Origin: an uncultured Acidobacteriota bacterium | Lineage (GTDB): Bacteria; Acidobacteriota; UBA6911; CAINFC01 | Assembly: GCA_964617125.1 (NCBI GenBank) | Contig: CAZTVS010000108.1 | Span: forward strand, 1-16,274 | DNA length: 16,274 bases | Direction of reading: 5' to 3' | Shown here: one piece after another, positions 10,101-16,200 of the stretch | Layout: each line of letters opens with the position of its first letter | How positions within the stretch are numbered: the first letter of the stretch is position 1 | Notes under the pieces: model-generated | What the model was told of the DNA's origin: nothing | Seen by the model: the letters and a program-made list of their open reading frames with translations, nothing else | The model's database searches: none | Translations under genes and position numbers: made by a program

Positions 10101-10370
10101 ATCGGCGTCAGGCCGACCGTTGTTTTTGAAGAGCGAAGCATAGAACTCGTGCGGGGTGATGTGGTATTATTCTATACCGACGGCCTGATCGAAGCCACAA
10201 ATCCCGGGGGGGAACAGTTCGGAATTCAGAGAATCTGTTCAAGGTTGAGGGAATTTCGCGATCTCACAGCAAAGGAGATCATAGACTCATTGTACTCATC
10301 AGTGTCGGAGTATACCGGTCTTGGCGCCTATCAGGACGACATCTCCCTGGTGATACTGAAGATTCTCTGA
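7113..10370 (+). CDS. Membrane sensor phosphatase: sodium:solute-symporter (SSS) domain, GAF domain and PP2C/SpoIIE-type serine phosphatase (RsbU-like)
   Basis: The 1085-aa ORF starts with a GTG at 7113. Residues 1-520 are polytopic membrane and SSS-like (YGSVGKAA..GIDYLPIYLG, multiple TM helices). Residues 660-830 form a GAF-like fold (LDLRIIMDDLLELL...LDLAMIFLRD). The C-terminus carries PP2C motifs (GGDYYDFF, ILIADVSGHSVGAAL, FYTDGLIEA, DDISLVIL). Confidence 0.85.
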   Translation: MTNGLIQTSLITMLYTLLIFLIAWYAHYRKENGRSMVANPYIYTLSIAVYCTAWTFYGSVGKAATTGIDYLPIYLGPSLTAFAWIFLLRRMIRISKENNVTSIADFISLRYGKSPWLGALVTVLAILGIMPYIALQIKAVSTSFHLLSGNVFPPDSIPFSRAAYGASLPSGLLLSLILSLFAAIFGARRLVSSERHEGLIAAIALESVVKLVCLLGVGIFVTYCLNDGFVDIFMKFRQFNPVDFNRLMTIGASRFPGDTVPPFTMLFMSMGAIMLYPRQFHVMVIENSTERHIERAMWLFPLYLFLINLFIIPIALSGIMITGTADNADFFVLNIPLLTGHRTIATLAYLGGLAASAGMVVVESITISTMLLNYIFMPVIVRLKPRSWFPHLLINLKRFGIFLVIFLGYLYYLFAGNAFTLFKLGMFSFSAIIQFMPAVLGGVYWKRANRTGAIIGILSGLITWLYTLFLPSLGNVRGIRLDALNNGPFNISLLKPTALFGLTGMDPWSHCLFWSMLFNIGGYIAFSILLTQDEQERNHVRKFIGTFETERRKRLHGETSRLSKPVTITQFTSLLAKFIGDQEAEHAINGYIGNRSIDKGGHISEFELPNLKRFTEKTLAGSVGAAAAGAIVDSYLSDMGSRMELVYDIFSNVRSSLDQSREALFVRLKASEIINRTLDLRIIMDDLLELLMREFKLDLAMIFLRDNQGNLTLASARDREDNAAPAGQWLNECRDVCEMVANRGKSYVINDTSTDIQAEAFRFDFLARAVSYAYIPILREGEKSPGILAVFSNAIPGLFTEEFIGLLESLAGQLAQAIAITREIEAKERERTQKEHALMQNARIRRDMEIAQQIQLSLLPAAPPQLFGVELEGRCISAAHVGGDYYDFFRRDDNTVDILIADVSGHSVGAALIMAEARTLLKPQINSSHSACAILKLLNNQLYDDLTRAELFITMFYAQYNSATGRLSYANAGHNRPLVCREGEGDCIQLDAEGLIIGVRPTVVFEERSIELVRGDVVLFYTDGLIEATNPGGEQFGIQRICSRLREFRDLTAKEIIDSLYSSVSEYTGLGAYQDDISLVILKIL

Positions 10371-10411
10371 GCTTCTTTTATCCGTAGCAAATGATCGGAT
10401 CAACCATCTGT

Positions 10412-10420
10412 TGTTATAAT
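10412..10420 (+). promoter_or_regulatory. Candidate extended -10 element (TGtTATAAT), possible internal promoter for the STAS/kinase genes
   Basis: A perfect TATAAT at 10415-10420 is preceded by TGt (10412-10414). It sits 23 nt upstream of the ATG at 10443 and 40 nt downstream of the phosphatase stop. No good -35 is present, which is typical of extended -10 promoters. Confidence 0.35.
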
Positions 10421-10442
10421 GAACTGCCATAAAGGAGTGAAC

Positions 10443-10778
10443 ATGAACCTGAAGATTGAAGCGGTCGGCAGCCGCATGATTATCGCCGTACAGGAAGAGA
10501 GGCTTGACGCCCACAACTCCGACGAGTTGAAGACCGAAATGAACAGGCTTTTCTCCGAGGGGGCGAAGGATCTGATCCTAGACCTCAAGGATGTGCGTTT
10601 CATTGACAGTTCAGGGCTGGGAGTACTGGTTTCCGGATTCAAGAACGCCTCGACCCGCCAGGGTTCTCTCAAGCTCGCGGGACTGCAGACGCAGGTGAGA
10701 TCGATGTTTGAACTGACCCGGCTGCACCGCGTCTTTGACATCTTCCAGACAACTGACGAGGCGCTGGACAGTTATTAA
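10443..10778 (+). CDS. STAS-domain anti-sigma-factor antagonist (RsbV/SpoIIAA-like)
   Basis: The 111-aa protein starts at the ATG at 10443, which has a strong SD (AAAGGAG, 10431-10437). The track ORF start at 10419 lies inside the -10 box. It carries the conserved phosphorylatable serine motif (FIDSSGLGVLV) and has typical STAS length. Its stop overlaps the next start (TAATG). Confidence 0.85.
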   Translation: MNLKIEAVGSRMIIAVQEERLDAHNSDELKTEMNRLFSEGAKDLILDLKDVRFIDSSGLGVLVSGFKNASTRQGSLKLAGLQTQVRSMFELTRLHRVFDIFQTTDEALDSY

Positions 10779-11236
10779 TGAATAGTTTCAGTCTGAGCGG
10801 GCAATTCATGAAAAATGAAATCGAGATCAACATCAGAGTACCCAATCAGACGCGCTACCTGAGCCTTATCGGAAGGATCGGCGAATACATGGCGCGGGAA
10901 GCCTGCAGGCTGCCGGATGACAGGGAGTCCCTGGCATTCAACATGAACGTGGTGCTTACGGAGGCCATGACCAACGCCATAAAACATGCAAACGCGGCAG
11001 ACCCGAACAAGGAGGTCCAGATCTGCATCAGGATATCAAAGGACGAGCTTGATATCATGGTATACGACAGCGGCCAGGGATTCGATCTCAATGCGATTCC
11101 CTGGCCGAAGTTCGATTCCGACTGCCTGGATGAAGCCGGCCGAGGAATCTTCATCATCAGATCCCTGATGGACTCGGTGGTATACGAGAAGGCGGATGGC
11201 GGCAACGTACTGAGGATGAAGAAGGGCCTGAGGTAA
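10778..11236 (+). CDS. Anti-sigma regulatory factor / serine protein kinase (RsbW/SpoIIAB-like, GHKL HATPase_c)
   Basis: The 152-aa ORF has an N-box (EAMTNAIKHA), a G1 box (DSGQGFD) and a G2 box (GRGIFIIRSLMD). Its size and its position after a STAS gene are typical of partner-switching kinases. Confidence 0.8.
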   Translation: MNSFSLSGQFMKNEIEINIRVPNQTRYLSLIGRIGEYMAREACRLPDDRESLAFNMNVVLTEAMTNAIKHANAADPNKEVQICIRISKDELDIMVYDSGQGFDLNAIPWPKFDSDCLDEAGRGIFIIRSLMDSVVYEKADGGNVLRMKKGLR

Positions 11237-11252
11237 GCCGACGACGACCGGG

Positions 11253-12278
11253 CTATGGCTCCACCGGCCCGTACTTCTCCTCTGCGGCCCTTACGATCTG
11301 CCTGACCATTGAGGCGGACAGAGCCCTGGTCATTTCACTCATGGCGCCCATGGTTGCCTTGGTGAATTTCACGGCCGGCGCGGTGCGCATGAACGCTACA
11401 TACTCACGCAACTCGTTATCGGTAAAATCCCTGAAGGTATAGGTAAGACCGATCCGTACCTGATTGCGCAGCTGCGCATCCATCTCACCCCTGTGGCGTC
11501 TGATCTGTTTGAGCATCTCTCCCCGGGCCCGCCTCTTTTCCGCGCTCCGTGCGGGAATCGCACTCATTGCCCCGAAAATCGCATCACCCATTATCTGTCG
11601 CGCCATCTGCGTACTCCTTGAGGCATCGTCCAGTTCGCGGATCAGGGTCCGTCTCCGGGGAGGCGGCGGGTTCCCCTCCATCTCGTTCAGTATCCGCTGC
11701 GCCGCCTCGGGCGACATGACGTCAACAGCGGTTTCCGCGTCGCGGACCTTGATCCCGAGGGGGCTCTTCATCCACGCCAGAATCGCCTCCAGGGTCCCGT
11801 TGTCCAGATGTGAACGGTAATAGGCGCGGATTCTGCGCTTGGCCTTCTGCGGATCGAACCCGGCCAGCGCCTGGGAAAAGACGTCGCCCAGTTCCCTGTT
11901 GTCTCCGATCGATGACATGGCGCCTGCCTGGAACTGCAGGAGAAACTTGTCGATCTGCTGGTCGAATTTCGACCCGGCTAGAATCTGTTCCACGAGGTCG
12001 CTGGAGGCGGCTCCGGCGGCACTGACATCTTTTGCATCGAGTATCGCGGTATCGGCGAACTTAGCTATCCTGTTGAACTTCTGCGTCTTCTCCAGCAACA
12101 CATCATCTTCAGGATACTCGAACAGGGTCTGTGATCTGCTGAGATAGACCCTGTCCCCCTCCATCCAGACCGAGTTGCCCGTCTCCCGTGAACCGTCCTT
12201 CAGATAAACGGTGGCGCCAAATGCCGCGCCAGCCATGCAGAGGGTTACAAGAACCGCCATGAGGAATCTAAGACCCAT
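11253..12278 (-). CDS. Secreted protein with two DUF2059-like domains
   Basis: The start is taken at the ATG at 12278, which has a strong SD (AAGGAG) 7 nt upstream. This gives a signal peptide (MGLRFLMAVLVTLCMAGAAFGA). Two copies of the DUF2059-type motif are present (AILAWMKSPLGIKV and YVAFMRTAPAVKF). An in-frame ATG at 12326 lacks an SD. Confidence 0.6.
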   Translation of the reverse strand: MGLRFLMAVLVTLCMAGAAFGATVYLKDGSRETGNSVWMEGDRVYLSRSQTLFEYPEDDVLLEKTQKFNRIAKFADTAILDAKDVSAAGAASSDLVEQILAGSKFDQQIDKFLLQFQAGAMSSIGDNRELGDVFSQALAGFDPQKAKRRIRAYYRSHLDNGTLEAILAWMKSPLGIKVRDAETAVDVMSPEAAQRILNEMEGNPPPPRRRTLIRELDDASRSTQMARQIMGDAIFGAMSAIPARSAEKRRARGEMLKQIRRHRGEMDAQLRNQVRIGLTYTFRDFTDNELREYVAFMRTAPAVKFTKATMGAMSEMTRALSASMVRQIVRAAEEKYGPVEP

Positions 12279-12360
12279 GAGTGTCTCCTTACCAAGGGAT
12301 TGGATATTGACTGAAATGTGACGCACTGTTCATGAAAATCGGCGAAAACCAGGATGTTTA

Positions 12361-14883
12361 TTACGATTTTGAGGCCGAATCCAATGACTGCGAATCATTC
12401 TTTTTCAAAAGAGCGGGGAGATCGACACCCGGCAGCAGCCTGGTCAACGTTCCCATCAGTCCGTCCGCGGCGCTGGCGCCACCCGTTACCAGTACATCCG
12501 GCACGATCTTGATCCGGCCGCTTTCGATGGCCGCGGACAGCAGCTCCACGATCCTGATCTGCCTGATCGCCTCTTCGCCGATCGCCTCCTGCTGCTTGTT
12601 GTAGGCCTGGGCGGTTGCCTCGCCGATGGCCGCGATCTTGGATGCCTCGCCATCGCCGATAGCCCTCAGCCTCTTCCCCTCGCCCGTCCCTTCCAGCGCC
12701 TTGGCTTCCGCCGTACCCTCCGCAAGAGTGATCATCTCGGTCTTCTTCTGGGTGGCCACTTTCACCGCGATCTCCGATGCCACCAGCGTGGGCTGCTGGT
12801 CGGCAGTGGCGCGCATCTTCTCCATCTCGGTACGCTCGGCCTGCGACCTCTGCTCCATCCGGTACATCTCCTGCTGCTGCTCGGCGATGATGCGCTTGGT
12901 CTGGGTCTGCATGAGATCCTCCGGGAGCTTGATCTGGCAGATCAGTACCGACACGCACTCCACGTGGTAGCGCTCCAGATCGGCCCGGGCGCGGCTCTCG
13001 GCCTTGGCCTGCTCCTCGGAACGGCTCTGCAGGAAGTTCATGGCGGAGGCCGTGGAGGCCTGGTTCCTGAAGGAGGAGTCGATCATGGGATGGATCACGT
13101 GCTGGATGAGGTTGTCGATGGAACCGACCTTGGCGACCATGTAGGGCGCCTGATCGGGGCGGACCCGGATAACCACCTTGACCGCCACCTGGATCGGGAA
13201 GCCATCCTTGGAGATGACGGAAAGCTGATCGAAACGGGTGTCATCCTGATCATCCCAGTCGATGGTGATGTTGGTGGTGTCGATGATATAGACCATGAAG
13301 GCCCGGCGGTTGAGGTAATAGCGCCCCGGTCCGGCCACCTCCTCCTGGATGCCACGGTACCCCTTGGGAACGACGTACTTCTCCTTCCCCTCTTCCACGG
13401 AAGCCCCGAGTTGAGTCGAGCCGAGCCGTTTCTTCATCTCCTCCGTCGGATCATCTCCCACGTTGGAAACTATGACTCCGACCTGGCCGCGTTCGATAAC
13501 GGCCACGTTGTCCACTTCGACGCTGAACATGAAGTGGTTGATGTAGTAGGTCCCGGGTCTCAGCACGTCGAGCTGCGGGCCGCGCTGTCCCATGTTGGCA
13601 AGGAACGATGAACCGTTCTGGTAATCGTTGTGGCCGCTGACCGGCGAGGCCACGTACTCGCGCTCGGGAAGCGGAATGCCGTCCAGAGCGGTGACCAGGC
13701 CGACCTTGTTGGCTTCGACAACAATGGCGGGCGCGATCTGGATCTGAAACAGGTTGAGGTTGATGCGGTACGTGCCGGGAAGGAGCACATCGATCTGCGG
13801 CCCCTTCTGGCCGCCGTTCTTCAGGAATGCCTCGCCATTCTCGTAGTTCGAGTGTCCGCCCACGCTCTGGGCCAGGAGCCGGCCCATGGGGATGGGAGCA
13901 CCGTCCTGGGCGGTGACCATCCCCACCTCCCCCTTGGCGATCACCACCGCCCCGGCGTTAGTAACCTTGAACAGGTTGGGATGGATGCGGTAGACGCCGG
14001 GCGGCAGGATCTCGGTCTGGGGGCCCTTCTGGCCGCCGTTCCTGATAAAGGCCTCGCCGTCCTGAAAGGCGTTATGGCCGGAAACGACGGTGGCAAATAT
14101 GCGGCCGGCCGGAATTGCCGCGCCGTCGGCGGACTCGACCAGTCCGATCTCGTTTTCCCCGATCCTGGTGGCGGTGCTCTTGGTAACCTTGAACAGGTAG
14201 GGATTGATGCGGTAGTTGCCCGGCGGGATGATCTCGATCTGGGGCCCCTTCTGGCCGCCGTTTCTGATGAATGCCTCGCCGTTCTGGAAGGATGAGTGGC
14301 CTTCCACGGCCCGGGCGAAAATCTTCCCCTCGGGAATTGCCACCCCATCCACCGACTCCACAATTCCGATCTCGAAATCCTTGATCTCGGTCACCCTGCC
14401 CTTGGTGAGCTTGAAGAGGTACGGGTTGATGCGGTATTTTCCGGGAGGAAGCACTTCTATCTGGGGCCCCTTCTGGCCGCCGTTACCGATGAATGCCTCG
14501 CCGTCCTGAAAGGCATTGTGTCCGGCCACGACCTCGGCAAAGATCCTCCCCGGCGGAATCGGCGAGCCGTCCACCGATTCGATCATCCCGATCTCGTTTT
14601 CCAGGATTTCGGTAAAATAGCTCTTGGTGGCCTGGTAGATGAAAGGGATCAGGAAGTGCAGGCCGGGTCCCAGGGTCCGCGCCTGGATGCCGACCTCGTC
14701 ACCCATGGCCACGACCCGCCCTTGGGGCATCTTTTTGCCGAACCATCTCCGCTCGATCAGCGCTATTTCCCCACCGCCCACAATCACGATGGAGTTCCAG
14801 AGCAGAAAGCAGAAGATGGCAAAGGCCAGGATATAGTAGTAGTGGTGGCCGAGCCAGGAGAGCAGGGTAAAGGGGTCGTACAT
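12361..14883 (-). CDS. Flotillin/SPFH (band-7, YqiK/FloT-like) membrane protein with an N-terminal expansion of tandem 74-aa repeats
   Basis: The 840-aa ORF has an SD (GGGAGGA) 6 nt upstream of its ATG and an N-terminal TM helix. The C-terminal third is a flotillin-type coiled coil with Ala/Glu-rich EA repeats (AEQQQEMYRMEQRSQAERTEMEKMRA...AEGTAEAKALEGTGEGKRLRAIG). The core is SPFH-like. Five exact 74-aa repeats occupy residues 97-466. Confidence 0.85.
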   Translation of the reverse strand: MYDPFTLLSWLGHHYYYILAFAIFCFLLWNSIVIVGGGEIALIERRWFGKKMPQGRVVAMGDEVGIQARTLGPGLHFLIPFIYQATKSYFTEILENEIGMIESVDGSPIPPGRIFAEVVAGHNAFQDGEAFIGNGGQKGPQIEVLPPGKYRINPYLFKLTKGRVTEIKDFEIGIVESVDGVAIPEGKIFARAVEGHSSFQNGEAFIRNGGQKGPQIEIIPPGNYRINPYLFKVTKSTATRIGENEIGLVESADGAAIPAGRIFATVVSGHNAFQDGEAFIRNGGQKGPQTEILPPGVYRIHPNLFKVTNAGAVVIAKGEVGMVTAQDGAPIPMGRLLAQSVGGHSNYENGEAFLKNGGQKGPQIDVLLPGTYRINLNLFQIQIAPAIVVEANKVGLVTALDGIPLPEREYVASPVSGHNDYQNGSSFLANMGQRGPQLDVLRPGTYYINHFMFSVEVDNVAVIERGQVGVIVSNVGDDPTEEMKKRLGSTQLGASVEEGKEKYVVPKGYRGIQEEVAGPGRYYLNRRAFMVYIIDTTNITIDWDDQDDTRFDQLSVISKDGFPIQVAVKVVIRVRPDQAPYMVAKVGSIDNLIQHVIHPMIDSSFRNQASTASAMNFLQSRSEEQAKAESRARADLERYHVECVSVLICQIKLPEDLMQTQTKRIIAEQQQEMYRMEQRSQAERTEMEKMRATADQQPTLVASEIAVKVATQKKTEMITLAEGTAEAKALEGTGEGKRLRAIGDGEASKIAAIGEATAQAYNKQQEAIGEEAIRQIRIVELLSAAIESGRIKIVPDVLVTGGASAADGLMGTLTRLLPGVDLPALLKKNDSQSLDSASKS
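13486..14595 (-). repeat. Intragenic tandem repeat, 5 in-frame copies of 222 bp (74 aa), inside the flotillin gene
   Basis: The protein repeats R1-R5 each have the form EIGxVESxDGxxIPxGRIFAxxVxGHNAFQDGEAFIRNGGQKGPQIEILPPGxYRINPYLFKxT. All copies are exactly 74 aa with no indels. DNA blocks such as ggccccttctggccgccgtt recur at about 13800, 14024, 14239 and 14463. Partial copies flank the array on both sides. Confidence 0.85.
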
Positions 14884-15242
14884 GGATTCCTCCCGTCATT
14901 GTTGCGGTATTGGTCATGCGTCGACTGCCGGTGCGGTTTCGCCCTTGACGCCTAATTGGTGAAACGTTGCCAATAAAAAACAACCGGTCCGAACCGGTGA
15001 TGCCCGTACCGCACCGGGGTGTTCAGGCTCGGAAAACAGCGCCTATTCCGCCTGGCCCTTACCCACCACGAATTTCCCGGTGAAGTATTTCTTACTTATC
15101 TCGCCGGCCTCCGCCAGCCACCGTTCAGGACCGACCTTCCTGATGCGGCAGAGATTGCACACCTTCTGATTACAACGATAGAACAAAAACAATCGTTGAA
15201 TAGTAATAATTTTATTCAGCAATCTCCTTCATCGTGAGAGCT

Positions 15243-15983
15243 TCACGTTCTCCCCACGAACGCCGTCCAGTTGCGCCACAGGATCCGTTCAAGTTCCCCG
15301 GCGTCCAATTCCCTGATCCCGGCCAGCTTCTCCAGTATCTTCAGGAGCAGTTCCGGCATTCCGGTCTCGCCCGCACCCCATCGATAGCCGTCGGGATTGT
15401 CGGTCTCAAGCAGCATGCGGTCCAGCGGCAGAATTGCCGCGATACCCGGTGATTTCCCCGGATTGAGGACATCGACGCCTATGGTGAAATAGCATCCGGC
15501 GTCCAGAAAGGATTGCACGAGAGCGGACGGCCCCGAATACCAGTGGATGATCGATCCGCCGATCCCGAAGCGCCGCAGGGACTCCAGAACCTCGCGCTCG
15601 GCGCCGGCGGCATGCAGGTTCATGGGCTTGGACAGGCGGCGGGCCCATTCGCACTGGTATTCAAAAACCTCGATCTGCCCCGGGTAGAGAGCCCGGTCCT
15701 TCACGTACCGGAAATCCAGCCCCGCCTCGCCGATAACCGGCGTCTCATCCAGATAGGGATCCAGCTCATGCAGACAGTCCGAGTATCTTCCAGCCTCCCA
15801 GGGATGGATGCCGAAAGTGGGGACAACGTATGGGCTGGAACGCGCGATCTCCAGGGTTTTCAGGTAGGACGGTACATCCATGGCCACCGCCATCGTCAGG
15901 ATCCGGAGCCTCTCCATCTGCCCGAGGGCTTCATCCAGATCCTCGACATACCAGTCAAGATGCGCATGCGCGTCAACCAGCAT
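15243..15983 (-). CDS. TatD-family metal-dependent hydrolase (DNase)
   Basis: It has the MLVDAHAHLD N-terminal metal-binding motif and conserved His/Glu/Asp blocks (EAGLDF, IIHWYSG, LETDNPD). The start is taken at the ATG at 15983, which has an SD (GGGGAG) 5 nt upstream. The track ORF extends to 16019 without an SD. Confidence 0.85.
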   Translation of the reverse strand: MLVDAHAHLDWYVEDLDEALGQMERLRILTMAVAMDVPSYLKTLEIARSSPYVVPTFGIHPWEAGRYSDCLHELDPYLDETPVIGEAGLDFRYVKDRALYPGQIEVFEYQCEWARRLSKPMNLHAAGAEREVLESLRRFGIGGSIIHWYSGPSALVQSFLDAGCYFTIGVDVLNPGKSPGIAAILPLDRMLLETDNPDGYRWGAGETGMPELLLKILEKLAGIRELDAGELERILWRNWTAFVGRT

Positions 15984-16125
15984 CCGGACTCCCCGGTGGG
16001 AAACGGAGCCACCGCTCACCCCATCCCGAAAAGTGAATTTTCAGAGACCGTGGAACCACGGCAGTCCCGGAACGGCAAATAGCGGTTCTCCTGGCCTGAT
16101 GACACCGCAAAAAGTCCTTTTTACC

Positions 16126-16200
16126 CTTCGACAAGCTCAGGGCGAACGGACTTTCATGCCCTAACTGACTGTAGTGCCGTTCGTGCTGAGCTTGTCGAAG
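16126..16200. repeat. Palindromic repeat element (REP/MITE-like), 24-bp arms with a 27-nt loop
   Basis: Arm 1 at 16126-16149 (cttcgacaagctcagggcgaacgg) pairs with arm 2 at 16177-16200 (ccgttcgtgctgagcttgtcgaag) at 22 of 24 positions. Translating this element gives the low-complexity peptides (LRQAQGER / FALSLSKGKK) seen in track ORFs 15880-16164 and 15973-16242. Confidence 0.6.

Noticed and set aside
10419-10442. Upstream ATG at 10419 as the start of the STAS gene
   Set aside because: That ATG lies inside the TATAAT box and has no SD. The ATG at 10443 has a textbook AAAGGAG SD and gives the normal STAS N-terminus.
12964-14955. Three plus-strand ORFs (12964-13611, 13630-14295, 14296-14955) antisense to the flotillin gene, and minus-strand alternative frames 12395-12958 and 13941-14363
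   Set aside because: They are repeat-driven shadow ORFs of the 222-bp tandem array and GC-rich coding sequence. Their translations are G/D/L/P-rich and periodic only because the sense frame is. None has a start context.
15019-15237. 72-aa plus-strand ORF in the tatD-flotillin intergenic region, and a possible 39-aa Cys-containing minus-strand peptide (VCNLCRIRKVGPERW...)
   Set aside because: Neither has a credible SD. The minus-strand frame has no ATG, only a GTG. The region is better explained as a regulatory leader, though a small protein cannot be fully excluded.
15513-16082. 189-aa plus-strand ORF overlapping tatD
   Set aside because: It is antisense to a well-supported TatD CDS and its translation is Pro/Gly/Arg-rich and low-complexity.
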